From an uncultured Planctomycetaceae bacterium (lineage in GTDB: Bacteria > Planctomycetota > Planctomycetia > Isosphaerales > Isosphaeraceae): 64,000 bases of DNA. Below the pieces are notes generated by a model that saw nothing but the letters and a program-made list of their open reading frames with translations, had not been told where the DNA came from and did no database searches. The first letter of the stretch is position 1; the number at the start of each line of letters is the position of its first letter. The position numbers and the translations under genes are program-made. Shown piece after piece: positions 9,110 to 21,379 of the stretch. Location of the stretch: positions 3,168,001 to 3,232,000 of the forward strand of contig CAWIAD010000001.1 of NCBI GenBank assembly GCA_963833985.1, read 5' to 3'.

Positions 9110-10574
9110 GCTTCCGCCGCACGGCCGTCGTCAATTCATCGGGCAGGTGGATGGTCCATGTGTTGTCAACGTCCTTCCTGGCTTCGAAGCGCTGCGGCAA
9201 AGCCGTCGCGGTGATCACCTGAAGCTGCCTCAGGATAAAGCTGCCGGCCAGGCCGATGGAGTTCACCGCGCCGGGGGGTGGATCCGGGTAGTCTGGAACT
9301 TGCTCGTAGGCGGCCTGGTTCAGAGAAAACAAATCCACCAGTTCGAACCGCTTCGCGTTATTTCCCGGAGAAAGCTCCTTCCCGGCCCTGACGATGATGA
9401 GCCTTCGAAGCTCATAGCGGCCATGAAGCATCGGGATCGCGCCCGGCTCGCCACTCCGATCGATCAAGGACGCATCGACATAGACCTGGCCCAGCTTGTA
9501 TTCTTTCGGCTCTGGAGACGGGGCGACGCCCTTTGGCAAGCTGACAACTGGGGCCGTGCCGGGGCTCATGCCCGGCGGGCCATAGGTGGATTCAGCCCGG
9601 CTTGCGTAGCTCCAGAAGCCAGGGCTGCCGCGCTGGAGCCGCCGGGCCGTGCCGGCCTTGGGACCGCAGAGCACGTGGCGAGTCCCAGCGCTGAGCTCGG
9701 AATCAAAATCGTGCAGCTCGATCCAGTGCAGGGGCGGCTGATAGGTGAAACCCTCATGCTTCAGGCTGGCGACGACGGATAATCCCTGGTCGGCCAGGTC
9801 CGGCGGCCAGTCGATCCGGAGGACGACCGGTGCCGTCGGCTCGTCTTTCGCAGGAGAGACGATTGCTTTCTCGATCGAAGTTCCGGGCAGCGCGCTCAAG
9901 TAACCGTTCGCGATCCAGGCCCCATCCTTCATGGGCCGCCGCAGGTTAAAGGACCAGTCTCCCGGCTGGATCACGCCGAAATCGATCATCCCCTTGTCGT
10001 CGGATTCGCGCAGGATCGCGTCTTCCTTGTCGGCTCCATGGCTACCGCGTCCGAGCAGGGCCTGTACGCCGACGGCAGGAGGGCCGTCAGGCGTGTTCCG
10101 GGTCAGCCTGAAGGAGACGGGGATCCAGACAGGCGACTTGCTCGCGGACGCGCTTTTGGAAAGCGACTGCAACTGCTCGAGCATCTGCTTGCGGGCCAGC
10201 TCGGCCTCATGGCGAGCATGTTCGAGCTCGGCAAGAGCCATTCTCCGCGACTGCATCGCCTGATTCCACATCAGGAAGGCGAGCGACAGGCTGACCATCG
10301 TGAGCACGATGCAGCAGACCACCAGGATGCGCTGGGTCATGATCTTCCCTCTCATCGCATCGAACCAGAGCCGGCGCGCGAGGAGCGCCGGGTCGCCGAA
10401 GTGTTCCAGAACCCGCTGTTGTGCCGTCGCCGCGTCGGCCCCGCGCAGCAATTCCCGCCGGTACGCGCAGGCCAGGTGGTCGGCCAGCTCATCGAAAATG
10501 TCGTTGCGCAGGCTGGCCGGCTCGTCGTCGCGCGGCGAGGGCAGCTCGGCGGAGAGACCGTCACGAAAGCTCAC
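9087..10574 (-). CDS. Permease-prefix-domain-1 membrane protein (PadR partner)
   Basis: N-terminal DIFDELADHL...FGDPALLARRL, then a TM helix and an extracytoplasmic region. Directly downstream of padR. Confidence 0.75.
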   Translation of the reverse strand: MSFRDGLSAELPSPRDDEPASLRNDIFDELADHLACAYRRELLRGADAATAQQRVLEHFGDPALLARRLWFDAMRGKIMTQRILVVCCIVLTMVSLSLAFLMWNQAMQSRRMALAELEHARHEAELARKQMLEQLQSLSKSASASKSPVWIPVSFRLTRNTPDGPPAVGVQALLGRGSHGADKEDAILRESDDKGMIDFGVIQPGDWSFNLRRPMKDGAWIANGYLSALPGTSIEKAIVSPAKDEPTAPVVLRIDWPPDLADQGLSVVASLKHEGFTYQPPLHWIELHDFDSELSAGTRHVLCGPKAGTARRLQRGSPGFWSYASRAESTYGPPGMSPGTAPVVSLPKGVAPSPEPKEYKLGQVYVDASLIDRSGEPGAIPMLHGRYELRRLIIVRAGKELSPGNNAKRFELVDLFSLNQAAYEQVPDYPDPPPGAVNSIGLAGSFILRQLQVITATALPQRFEARKDVDNTWTIHLPDELTTAVRRKLKDETKP

Positions 10575-10607
10575 GGCTTCATCCTTTTGCCCAGTGCCGG
10601 GCGCCCG

Positions 10608-10952
10608 TCATGTGGCTTCCGCCCAGCCAGCCTGATTGGTTCCCAGTACGCCGTTGATTCCCGCTGCGAATCGGAGCCACGACTGCTTCCGCACCGCCAG
10701 TTCGGCGCGGCCGGCGTCCGTCAGCTCGTAATACTTCCTGCGCCGGCCGTCGGCCTCGCGCCAGAGGGCCTTCAAGAACATGAGCCGCTCCAGCCGGTGC
10801 AGCGCGGGATAAAGCGAACCTTCCTTCATGGCGAAGGTCCCGTTCGATCGCCCGGCCACGGTCTGGGCGATCTCGTACCCGTAGCTGGGTCCCTGGGCAA
10901 TCACCTCCAGGACCAGCATCTCCAGAGCACTTCCCGGCAGCAACGAGTCCAT
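10608..10952 (-). CDS. PadR-family transcriptional regulator
   Basis: YGYEI, EGSLYPALHRLE and RRKYYELTDAGR motifs; AGGAGG RBS. Confidence 0.95.
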   Translation of the reverse strand: MDSLLPGSALEMLVLEVIAQGPSYGYEIAQTVAGRSNGTFAMKEGSLYPALHRLERLMFLKALWREADGRRRKYYELTDAGRAELAVRKQSWLRFAAGINGVLGTNQAGWAEAT

Positions 10953-11010
10953 ACCTAGTCCTCCTATGTATCGACAGTCTATGTATAGACTCTCGAGGTA
11001 TGGGTGTCAA
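10951..11010 (-). promoter_or_regulatory. Sigma-70-type promoter of padR with overlapping palindromic operator(s)
   Basis: Minus strand TTGACA (11010-11005)-N17-TATACA. Palindrome AGTCTAT-N2-ATAGACT at 10976-10991. Confidence 0.7.
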
Positions 11011-11018
11011 TAGGCTCC

Positions 11019-12758
11019 GGGTGTAAGACACGGTTCGTTTTTCTGAGGTCCTACGCCGCTTTCCCAGTTTCCCTGGCTTTATAGTTGCGGAAGGGGCTGC
11101 TGGGCCTCTCTTTGAGGTACCGATCCAGGCGTCCGTCCTCCGAGAGGAACGACGCTCGAAGCTGAAGCATCGTCTCGGCACCGGCGTCGCTCCAGAATTT
11201 CTCCGACCCCTTGACCCGCCGGTTGAAGATCTTCACGGTCGACTCCACGTGACTGCTCGTCCACGGCAATCCCCCGCGTCGATAAGCAGGGTAGTCCATC
11301 CGCTCTCGATTATGCTCCAGGTAGCCGAGTTCTTGGGCGATGATCTTGCGCGGGTCATCGTCGGCCAGCCGTTCGAGCTCGTCTCCGGATAAGGACGCCT
11401 GGGCATCTCGCAGGGTACGGAGTTCCTCAATCACCTGGCCCACGCGTCCCTTCCAGCAGGCCTCCGCCCATGCCTGGAACAACTCCCAGCGGCCTTCGGT
11501 CTCGATCGCCGCAGCCTTGGCGGCCGCGAACAGGTGACCCAGGGCGTGGAGAAAATCAACGATGGCCAGAAAGGTCGGAAAATGCCGTTGCTGCAATTTC
11601 CAGATCCAGGCCGAGCCGTCCCCCAGGAACGCCCGATGAGCCGCTTTCATGAGATTGCGTCGCCACGCCTCCGCGGCCACCATCGGCCCGAATTGCTCGC
11701 TGGAGCAGGTGCTCGCCACGTAAGTCCGCACCACCAGTTCGGGCCTTTCCCTCGGCTCGGACCGATCCCCGGGGGACGGCAGAGATGCTTCGTCGATGTT
11801 CTCCGCCGGGGCCTCCTGTAGGCCCATCGAGCTCGACCCGCTGATCCCGCCGACAAGCTTCTCGACGTATCCCCGGTCGCGGTAGCAGGCGGGCAACTCC
11901 GGCTCCGGGTCGCAGTCCGAGACGACATTGGCCATGGTGGCCAGAATCGCGATCTTGTCCTCACGCCAGGACGCATCATGGGCACCGGGCCCTTCCCCCT
12001 GGCCGCGAATCTGCAGCCGGCCGCCGTCAACCTCGACCACTGCCAGAGCCGGCCGTGTCTCGACTCGCGGCTCGAGCTTATGGGCTTGAAGTTCGCTCAC
12101 ATGCTGATCTCTCTCGGCCTGCAATTGTTGGCCGACCTCCTGGGCGATGCGGCCGATCTGCCGACTGCCGATGGTCACCTCGGCCAATTCCGCCATCGCC
12201 TCGGCCGCCTCCCGGAAGGAGGGCTCCAGGGCACCGCAACGGACGATCTTGCGCAGCACCGAAGGGCTGTAGTCATGTGGCGTGAGGCGCAAGGCCGGAC
12301 GCTGAGGGAAAAAAATCCCGGCGACATGCCGGGCAGTGGCACTTCGGTTCGGCGTAGGTGACCTTGCCTCCCCAGAATTCAATGGTTCGATCGTTGCGTT
12401 GCACCGGACAGAGCCGCTTGCAGTTGGGACAAGGCTGCTCGGCCCCCAAGAGGGAGGCTTTCTGCTTCAGGAGTTCCTCGATGGTTCCCTTGGCCACGGC
12501 ACAGGCCGCGGTCATGGCCATTTGTTCCATGTCGTCGGCATCGAGGTCCAGGTCAGGCCCAACTTCTTCGTGGACCCGTCGCGCCACAATTTTCCCCCAC
12601 CCTTTGGCCATCTGCTCGACCCCGGTGCGATCCATCGATGGTGACTTACGGAAAGGCATAGCAGGTCCCTCCTTGGACTTCCGGTGACGGACAATTTGGG
12701 AAACTTGACTTGACATGCTACCACCGGCCTCGGGCGGCGCGAACCGCGTCTTACACCC
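11019..12758 (-). mobile_element. Complete ISKra4-family (IS256/Mutator-like) insertion sequence, 1740 bp
   Basis: 19-bp TIRs GGGTGTAAGAC(A/G)CGGTTCG at 11019-11037 and 12740-12758 (1 mismatch). 9-bp TSD ATAGGCTCC at 11010-11018 and 12759-12767. Confidence 0.92.
11051..12659 (-). CDS. ISKra4-family transposase, two overlapping frames joined at a T7 run (12309-12315)
   Basis: OrfA (CPNC, CPACRRDFFP) plus OrfB (FFPQR..., VEVDGG, FLGDGSAWIW, DFLHA, SSHVES) supply the DDE and DxxH motifs. Confidence 0.88.
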
Positions 12759-12872
12759 ATAGGCTCCGGAGCGCCGAAACCGCGTTTTTAGTGCCTGGCA
12801 AGGTGTGATAGAATGGCGCGAGAGTGAAAAGTCCTTTTCCGCTGGGTCAAGAGAGAAGAAGGAAGCCCTCGC

Positions 12873-13553
12873 ATGAGCCTTTCGCTCGCTCCTCCTTGGC
12901 GTCCGGGCTTGATCTACCCAGAAAGCGACGGTGAGCCGATCGCCGAGAATACACTCCAGTTCGAATGGATTGTGACGATCAAAGGGAACCTGGATTACCT
13001 GTTCTCGGATCGGCCGGATGTGTTTGTCGCGGGAGACTTGCTGTGGTACCCGGTGGAAGGCGATCCCAAGACACGGATTGCACCTGACGCCATGGTGGCC
13101 TTCGGGCGTCCCAGGGGATACCGCGGATCCTACAGGCAGTGGGACGAAGGGGGCATCGCACCCCAGGTCGTGTTCGAGATCCTCTCACCGAGGAATCGCG
13201 CCTCTGCGATGATGCAGAAATTGAAGTTCTACGAGCAGTACGGAGTTGAAGAATACTACATCTACGATCCCGACGAGATCACCTTGTCGGGTTGCCGCCG
13301 GACTGGCAATGAGCTGGTCGCCATCGAGCAGATGAACGGCTGGACCAGCCCACGACTGGGAATCCGATTTGACGTATCGGGAAGTGTACTCGTGATCTAC
13401 CGCCCCGACGGTCAGCCGTTCTTGACGTTTAACGAGGTCTCTCAACGTGCCCAAGAGCGCGACAAGATTGCACAGGAGCTCCAGGCCGAGCGTGAACGCG
13501 CCGAACGACTCGCGGCTCAACTCCGAGCACTCGGAGTTGAACCGCAGTCGTGA
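12873..13553 (+). CDS. Uma2-family endonuclease-like protein with coiled-coil tail
   Basis: YPESDGEP, APDAMVAFG, PQVVFEILSP and YGVEEYYIYDP motifs. Confidence 0.92.
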   Translation: MSLSLAPPWRPGLIYPESDGEPIAENTLQFEWIVTIKGNLDYLFSDRPDVFVAGDLLWYPVEGDPKTRIAPDAMVAFGRPRGYRGSYRQWDEGGIAPQVVFEILSPRNRASAMMQKLKFYEQYGVEEYYIYDPDEITLSGCRRTGNELVAIEQMNGWTSPRLGIRFDVSGSVLVIYRPDGQPFLTFNEVSQRAQERDKIAQELQAERERAERLAAQLRALGVEPQS

Positions 13554-13562
13554 ACGGCGGCT

Positions 13563-14779
<1,217 letters not shown>

Positions 14780-14867
14780 TTCCTCCCATGCGTGGGACAA
14801 GATTCGAATTCAGTGATGATAAGAACGCATTCAAGAGACACGATGGGAGTCTTGCCCCAAGACCATG

Positions 14868-16192
14868 TCAAACCTGCGGCAACGCCCACGGCCTGCGATA
14901 TTCCTTGGTCAGGAACCGGTTGGCCTCGGGGTGGTTCACGAACGTCTCCGAAGCCGCGTCCCACTTCAGCTTCTCACCCGATAGCAGGGCAATGTTCCCA
15001 AGCTGGCCCACCGAGCTGAGCCGGTGGCCATAGGCGAAGTGGCACGAGCACTGCGCGCGGGTCTTGATGGCGTTCAGCCACTCGCGATGATGGCCCACCG
15101 AGCGTGGCAGTGTCTTCGGCGGCTCGTGCAGCGCGCGGCCATGCTCAGGGATCAACCTGTAGGTGTCGTAATTCGCCACCAGTGTGCCCTCGGTGCCCTG
15201 GAACATGATGCCCAGGCCCATATCCTCCAGGCCGTGCGTATTCGCGTCGGTGTGGCTCCAGACCAGCAGGAAGTTCTGGCCGTTCTTCTCGTACTCGTAC
15301 GTGACCTCGAGCGTGTCGGGCGTCTCGGCGTTATCCACCAGCCCGAAGCGTCCGCCACTGGCCGTCACCGTCCTCGGAGCCTCAACGTCCATCGCCCAGT
15401 GCACCAGGTCGACGATATGGCAGCAGAAGTCCATGAGCAGCCCGCCGCCGTAATCCCAGTACCAGCGCCAGTTGAAATGATACCGGTTGGGGTTGAACGC
15501 GCGCCGGGCGCGGGGCCGAGCCAGAGGTCGTAATCGCAGCCAGCGGGCGGATCGCAATCGGCCGGCCGGCCCAGCCCGCTGCGGTCCGCGGCCATCCAGA
15601 CCCGTGTCTTGGTGATCGTCCCCAGCATGCCGGAGCGGACGATCTCGACCACGCGATGGTAGTTCTCGGTGGCGTGGATCAGGTTCCCCATCTGGGTGAC
15701 GCGCCTGTGCTTCTCGGCCGCGGTCACCACGGCCCGGCCCTCGGCGAGCCGGTGCGTGAGCGGCTTCTCACAGTAGACGTCCTTGCCTGCCTGGCAGGCA
15801 AGGATCGTGGGAATGGCGTGCCAGTGGTCGGGCGTGGCGATGACCACGGCATCGATGTCCTTGCGGTCGAGCAGCTTGCGAAAGTCATGATAAACCTCGG
15901 CCTTGTTCGCGGTGACGCTGGAAGCGCGGCGCGCGTGGGCCTCGTCGACGTCGCAGACCGCGGCGACCCGCACATCGCCATGTCCCTTGAACGTGTCCAG
16001 GAGTCCGCTCCCCATGCCGCCCACGCCCACGAACCCGAGCACGATGGACTCGCTGGCAGGCGGTGTTTTTTTGGTTGCGTCCTTGTCCTTGCCGTCCGGT
16101 AACTCCGCCGTCAGGCCCCTGCGCCCGGCCAGGCTCGCGGCCCCCAGCGCCGAGGCCGCCAGCAGCTCACGTCGCGTCCACGTCTCCATCAT
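14868..16192 (-). CDS. Tat-exported Gfo/Idh/MocA oxidoreductase; 1-nt frameshift at ~15507
   Basis: TRRELL Tat signal; GVGGMG, IATPDHWH and YCEKP motifs. Adding one C gives [28 protein letters not shown]. Confidence 0.9.
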
Positions 16193-16288
16193 GGCACCTC
16201 CGCCTGTCGGAATCTCTGTTCAACCTTTGTTGGTAACAGACACGCGGACCGATCTCAAGGACCAAGCGTCCGGCCGATGCTCGGGGTA

Positions 16289-16654
16289 TCAATAATATCG
16301 TCTCACCGCTGGATCCACCTCTTGCGAGTACGCGTCGATGCCTCCCTTGAGATTGAGAATGCCGGTCAGGCCTCGTTCGCCCAGCCAGTGCGCGACGTTG
16401 CGCGAGCGGATGCCGTGATGGCAGTAGACGACGAGCGGACCACGCGTCAGCGCCGTTTCAATCTCGTCGAGGTGTGCGGGGATCTCACGCATCGGGATGT
16501 GCAGGTCGACCGCGCAGGAGGGAACGGGGATGGCACAGAACGAGCGCTCGGACGGCTCCCGCACGTCGAGGAGTATCAATGCCTCACCCCGATCAAGGCG
16601 CTCGCGCAGCTCCCGCGTCGGCAGCTCTGGAATCGGAGTCGGCGGAATGGGCAT
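16289..16654 (-). CDS. Rhodanese-like domain protein
   Basis: LLDVREP, VVYCHHGIRS and NLKGGIDAY motifs. Confidence 0.92.
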   Translation of the reverse strand: MPIPPTPIPELPTRELRERLDRGEALILLDVREPSERSFCAIPVPSCAVDLHIPMREIPAHLDEIETALTRGPLVVYCHHGIRSRNVAHWLGERGLTGILNLKGGIDAYSQEVDPAVRRYY

Positions 16655-16687
16655 GATCGGCGCGTTCCGGTTGGCAGGGGACGGAGG

Positions 16688-17698
16688 TCACTTCGCCGCC
16701 AGCGGGATGCCGAAATCGCCGAGCATGTTCCGCCAGATCGAGTGGATGTGGTTGGCACCGTTCTGGGTATTGTTGAATTCGATCAGGAACGTGGGGCCCT
16801 GCACGCGATAGGCATGGCCCTGGGTGCGATCGGCGGGGCCGGTCCATGAGAACTTGATGCCCTCGGGCCCGGCGCGGCGGATCTCGTCGAGCCAGGCCTT
16901 GGAGACCTCGCCGGGCATGTCGCCCGCGTACGACTCCACCAGGGCGCGGAGCAGCTCGCGCTGGTTGCTGTTGAGCTCGGAATAAGCGATGCCGGGCGCG
17001 GACTCGGTGGGCGGCTGGGGGGTACCCGCGGCGCGAATCTCGTGCGGGGCCTCGTCCGAGACGACGGCCGTCTTCTTCTGATTGCCGTCGAGCGCCTGCA
17101 CCAGCCGCAGGGCCGTGTCCTCGCGGTCGGCCAGGGTGCGCAGGCCCTGGCGCGGCCCCTGGCGCACCTCGGCGGGGTTGGAGCCGAAGAACGTGGGCGT
17201 GGCGGCCGCGATCTTACCGTCCTCGAGGACGAAGTTGAGCGAGAGGTGGTGCCCCTCCACGCGCCAGCCCCACTTGCCGCGGTCCGAAGGCGTGCCGAAG
17301 ATCGTCAGGAAATAGCGCTCGGGGTCGCGCACCGGGCCCTTCCCTTGCTCCATCTCCTTGAGCACTGCTTCCAGGCTCATGATGGTCGTGGCCTTGAGAT
17401 AGCCACTGCCGGCCAGGCCGGTCGAGATGAGCCCGAACGCCAGCGCGCGCTGCTCGGACGATAGGTCCTTGATGGGCAGGCCGAACCGATCGCGCGGGAT
17501 GAAATGCCAGTTGAGGCGCTCGGGCGCGTCGAAGCGGTAGACAGCCTTCTCGGACTTGTCCCGCGGCAGCGAATCAATGAAGCGCGATGCCGCCAGGGCC
17601 ATGCGGCTTCCCGTCTGATCGAACCGGGCACTCGCGTACACCGCGCAGCCCACGATCGCCACCGCGGCGAGACCAACGCTAAGCCTGATCCGATTCAT
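16688..17698 (-). CDS. DUF3500 domain secreted protein
   Basis: WGWRVEGHHLSLNF, PTFFGSNP and NHIHSIWR motifs; signal peptide. Confidence 0.88.
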   Translation of the reverse strand: MNRIRLSVGLAAVAIVGCAVYASARFDQTGSRMALAASRFIDSLPRDKSEKAVYRFDAPERLNWHFIPRDRFGLPIKDLSSEQRALAFGLISTGLAGSGYLKATTIMSLEAVLKEMEQGKGPVRDPERYFLTIFGTPSDRGKWGWRVEGHHLSLNFVLEDGKIAAATPTFFGSNPAEVRQGPRQGLRTLADREDTALRLVQALDGNQKKTAVVSDEAPHEIRAAGTPQPPTESAPGIAYSELNSNQRELLRALVESYAGDMPGEVSKAWLDEIRRAGPEGIKFSWTGPADRTQGHAYRVQGPTFLIEFNNTQNGANHIHSIWRNMLGDFGIPLAAK

Positions 17699-17744
17699 GT
17701 GCGGGCTCCTTGATTCGATGCGAGTTCCTGTTCGGCCGCCTCAG

Positions 17745-19280
17745 TTACTGTGCAAAGTACTCCCGCAGGAACGGCAGGTCGATCTCGGGATACACCGGGA
17801 ACGACTGTAGCAGGGTGCTGGTGCGGGCGTGGGCCGCGCTGCGGACCTGTTCGTCGAGCTTGTATCTGGCCTTGTCACGCGCGCCCGATTTTGTCCTGGC
17901 CGGGACGATGTTCTTGAGCACGAGCGTGACGATCGACGCGATCTCGTTCATCTCGAGAGGGCCCATGCCCAGCGTGGTCACGGCCGGGGTGCCGAAGCGC
18001 AGGCCACTGGTGTACCAGGGACCATTGGGGTCAAACGGGATGGGGTTGCGGTTCAGCGTGATGCCGCAGGTGCGGATGGCCTCCTCGGCCTGACGGCCCG
18101 TGATCCCCAGCGCCGAGGCGACGTCGACAAGGACAAGGTGGTTGTCGGTCCCGCCGGTGCTGATCTTCAGACCATTCGTCACGAACGCCTCGGCCAGGGC
18201 CTGGGCGTTGCTGACGATCTTTCGCGAGTACTCGGCGAATTCCGGCCGCAAGGCCTCGGTGAAGGCCACGGCCTTGGCCGCCATCACGTGGGGCAGGGGA
18301 CCGCCCAGCACCAGCGGGCAGCCGCGGTCCACGTGGTCTTTGAACGCCTCGGTGCAGAGCACCAGCCCCCCCCGCGGGCCGCGCAGGGTCTTGTGCGTGG
18401 TGGTCGTGACGATATCGGCGTAGGCAACCGGGTTCTCCTCGCCGGTGAGCACCTTCCCCGCGACCAGGCCCGAGAAATGGGCCATGTCGACCATCAGCAC
18501 CGCGCCCACCTTGTCGGCGATCTCGCGCATGCGGCGATAGTTGATGTTCCGCGGGTAGGCGCTGAAGCCGGCCAGGAGGATGAGCGGCTTCACTTCCACG
18601 GCCTGCCGCTCGATGGCGTCGTAGTCGAGCAGGAAGGTTTCGCGGTCCACCGTGTAGCCGTGTGATTCGAACATCTTGCCGGAGGAGTTCAGGCGGTAGC
18701 CGTGAGTGAGATGGCCGCCGGAGGCAAGGTCCATGCCCAGCAGCCGCTGATTGCCCAGCCTCTGCCGGACCACATTCCATTGCTCGGGCGTGAGCTTGTA
18801 CCAGTCGGCCGGCACGAGTGCGCCGGGGCCCTCGGCACCAAGCAGCTCGGCCATGGCGGGCAGCTCGACGCGTGACCGTAAGATTGCCCAGAAGGCCACC
18901 AGGTTCGCATCGGCGCCGCTGTGGGGCTGGGCGTAGGCATGGTCCGCGCCGAAGAGCTCGCGGGCGCGGCGGTTGGCCAGGTCTTCAACCGTGTCGACAT
19001 TGTCGCAGCCGGCGTAGAAGCGGTGGTGGGGAATGCCCTCGGCGTACTTGTCGGTGAGCAGATTCCCCATGGCGCACTGGGTGGCCAGGGACGAGTAGTT
19101 CTCGCTGGCGATCAGCTTGATGTTGCCGCGCTGGTCCGCCAGCTCGGCGACGATCGCCCGCGCCATCTCGGGTGAGACGGTTGCGACCGTCTGGAGATTG
19201 GCCAGGTAGGCCAGGAACCCCGGTGCGATCTCCGCGCCCGGCTTGCGGCCCAGGTAGGTCTGGATTGGCGAATCCTGCAT
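17745..19280 (-). CDS. glyA: Serine (glycine) hydroxymethyltransferase, long type
   Basis: LIASENY, KYAEG, GGHLTHG, DMAHFSGLVAG, TTTHKTLRGPRGG (PLP Lys) and SGLRFGTPA motifs. Confidence 0.97.
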   Translation of the reverse strand: MQDSPIQTYLGRKPGAEIAPGFLAYLANLQTVATVSPEMARAIVAELADQRGNIKLIASENYSSLATQCAMGNLLTDKYAEGIPHHRFYAGCDNVDTVEDLANRRARELFGADHAYAQPHSGADANLVAFWAILRSRVELPAMAELLGAEGPGALVPADWYKLTPEQWNVVRQRLGNQRLLGMDLASGGHLTHGYRLNSSGKMFESHGYTVDRETFLLDYDAIERQAVEVKPLILLAGFSAYPRNINYRRMREIADKVGAVLMVDMAHFSGLVAGKVLTGEENPVAYADIVTTTTHKTLRGPRGGLVLCTEAFKDHVDRGCPLVLGGPLPHVMAAKAVAFTEALRPEFAEYSRKIVSNAQALAEAFVTNGLKISTGGTDNHLVLVDVASALGITGRQAEEAIRTCGITLNRNPIPFDPNGPWYTSGLRFGTPAVTTLGMGPLEMNEIASIVTLVLKNIVPARTKSGARDKARYKLDEQVRSAAHARTSTLLQSFPVYPEIDLPFLREYFAQ

Positions 19281-19493
19281 GAAAGGTCCTGAACAGAGAA
19301 AACGCGGCGAAGGCAGTCACGATCGGCGTGTGGCAACTCTCTGTCGCCGCCCGCCGGGGCGTTATAATCGGGACCATGTTTTGGCGTCCTGATTGTACTG
19401 GCGGCGCGCCGGCTCCCTCAAGAGAGGAGAGCGACGGGCTCCGGTTCTGGCACAACGCCCTCAGTCCTTTTTACTTTCATGCTGGAGCTTGCC

Positions 19494-20417
19494 ATGGCGT
19501 TCGACCTCGCACCGGGCAAAACACGAATCGGCTGGGTAGGTACGGGCGTCATGGGCTCGTCGATGTGTGGCCATCTGATCGCGGCCGGCTACCAGGCCAC
19601 GGTGTATAACCGCACGCAGGAGAAAACCCAGGCGCTGGCGGCCAAGGGGGCCAAAGTGGCTGGCTCGGTGGCCGAGCTGGCATCGGCCTCGGACGTAGTG
19701 TTCACGATCGTCGGCTACCCGCGCGACGTGCGCGAGGTGGTTCTGGGCGGCGACGGCATCATCGCTCATGCCGCGCCTGGGTCCGTGCTGGTCGATATGA
19801 CCACCAGCGAGCCCGCACTGGCTCACGAGATCTTCCAGCTCGCGGAGTCGAAGAAGATGCACGCCATCGACGCGCCGGTCTCCGGCGGCGACATTGGTGC
19901 CCGGGAGGCCCGCTTGTCCATCATGATTGGCGGCGACAAGGCCGTTGCCGAAGCCGTGCGGCCGCTCTTCGAGCTCATGGGGAAAACCATCGTTTACCAG
20001 GGCCCGGCCGGGTCGGGCCAGCACACCAAGATGGTCAACCAAATCCTCATCACCACGAACATGATCGGCGTCTGCGAGGCGCTCCTGTACGGCCACAAGG
20101 CCGGCCTTGACCTGGAGACCGTGATGCAGAGTGTTTCCAGCGGCGCGGCGGGCTCGTGGAGCCTGAGCAACCTGGGGGCGCGAATGATCGCCGGTAATTT
20201 CGAGCCGGGCTTTTTCGTCGAACATTTCCTGAAGGACATGGGCATCGCCCTGGCCGAATCGCGGCGCATGGGCCTGGCGCTCCCCGGCCTGGCCCTGACC
20301 GAGCAGCTCTACCGAGCCGTGGCGGCCCAGGGCTACGGCCGCAAAGGAACTCAGGCACTGCTGCTGGCCCTCGCCGACTTGTCGCGTGTCGACTGGCCGA
20401 AGCGGCCGGCCCGATGA
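19494..20417 (+). CDS. NAD(P)-dependent oxidoreductase, 3-hydroxyisobutyrate dehydrogenase family
   Basis: [28 protein letters not shown] and [10 protein letters not shown] motifs. Confidence 0.92.
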   Translation: MAFDLAPGKTRIGWVGTGVMGSSMCGHLIAAGYQATVYNRTQEKTQALAAKGAKVAGSVAELASASDVVFTIVGYPRDVREVVLGGDGIIAHAAPGSVLVDMTTSEPALAHEIFQLAESKKMHAIDAPVSGGDIGAREARLSIMIGGDKAVAEAVRPLFELMGKTIVYQGPAGSGQHTKMVNQILITTNMIGVCEALLYGHKAGLDLETVMQSVSSGAAGSWSLSNLGARMIAGNFEPGFFVEHFLKDMGIALAESRRMGLALPGLALTEQLYRAVAAQGYGRKGTQALLLALADLSRVDWPKRPAR

Positions 20418-20769
20418 TCGGCCCGGCGATCGCAGCAGCTTCCTCGAGGGCGAGACCGGTCGCGTTACGGTAGTGGGCATGCTCGGCACGATCAAACACG
20501 TGGGATACCACGGACGGGCCACGGGCCGTGAGCCGCTTCGAACGCATGGCACGGGAGTTCGAGGAATTCAAGTGCGCTCGTCCGGTGCGCCGCGCAGCTT
20601 CGGCGGTCACCTGGCTTGATCTCCGGCACAGCCACCCGTCGACCCGCCAGCTCTGATGGTGAGGCTCGCCCGACTGTGCGACATCGCCCATCTCCCCGGC
20701 GCTCTCGGAGAGCAGCCGGGCTGGAGCGATGCAGAAAATGGCTGAGAGGGAGCTTGGAAAGCTGCTTGG

Positions 20770-20915
20770 CTTGGGCAGTGGCAAGCCGGCTCACCATAAA
20801 GTTGATCATAACCATATGCATTATTGAAGAGTACGCTTCTGGACGGAACTCATAATCCTTGCTCATTCTGCAAAATCGTCCTAACCAGGGGAAGGTTCGC
20901 TCCACGACCCAGCGG
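20770..20915 (-). pseudogene. IS5-family transposase C-terminal remnant
   Basis: [21 protein letters not shown] resembles the IS5 WxVERTFxWLxxxRRLxKDYE pattern. Confidence 0.75.
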
Positions 20916-20928
20916 CGGGGCAGGAGCT

Positions 20929-21379
20929 TTACGCGGCGTGAGATGATCCTTGTCCGGCCTGGTGTTGCGTTCCGGGCTCCTTGCCCGACGTCGGTTCACG
21001 GCTGACTTTGGGCTGGGGGGGGTTGCCAACTGCTCCACATCTCGTCCAGCGTCAACACCACAAACCGCACCAGTGTTCGACGGCGCCGCCACTTGTAGCG
21101 CCTCCTTCTCCAGAAAGCGAAACATCCGGTTGGTACGCTCCACGTGGTTGCTGGTCCGGACGCGCTCGCTGAGTGGGTTGTCGAGGAAAGCCATCAGCTG
21201 GGCAGGGGGCCTTCTTGGGAGCGCAGAAAACCGGTATAAAGAGAGTCTTGGGTGCATCCGTGCCCATGCTTTCGTGCTGAGGCCAGGTAACCTCATTCAC
21301 GGGGACGCAAGCCCTATCTTTCAACCCCAAACGCCTGACCTGTGCCACCCTCCTCGGTGGAGCTCAGCGAGGAGTGTCG
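20929..21379 (-). mobile_element. MITE-like internally deleted IS, copy 1 (one TIR lost)
   Basis: Near-identical to 28812-29270. Retains the TIR at 21354-21379 and fused transposase N- and C-terminal stubs. Confidence 0.85.

Noticed and set aside
19281..19400. ZMP/ZTP (pfl) riboswitch upstream of glyA
   Set aside because: Only a partial GATCGTGACTG resemblance; the GTGG..CCAC stem and CGCCTGGGC 3' element are absent.
20420..20760. Short ORFs between the oxidoreductase and the IS5 remnant
   Set aside because: No RBS, motif or consistent frame; possibly decayed sequence.
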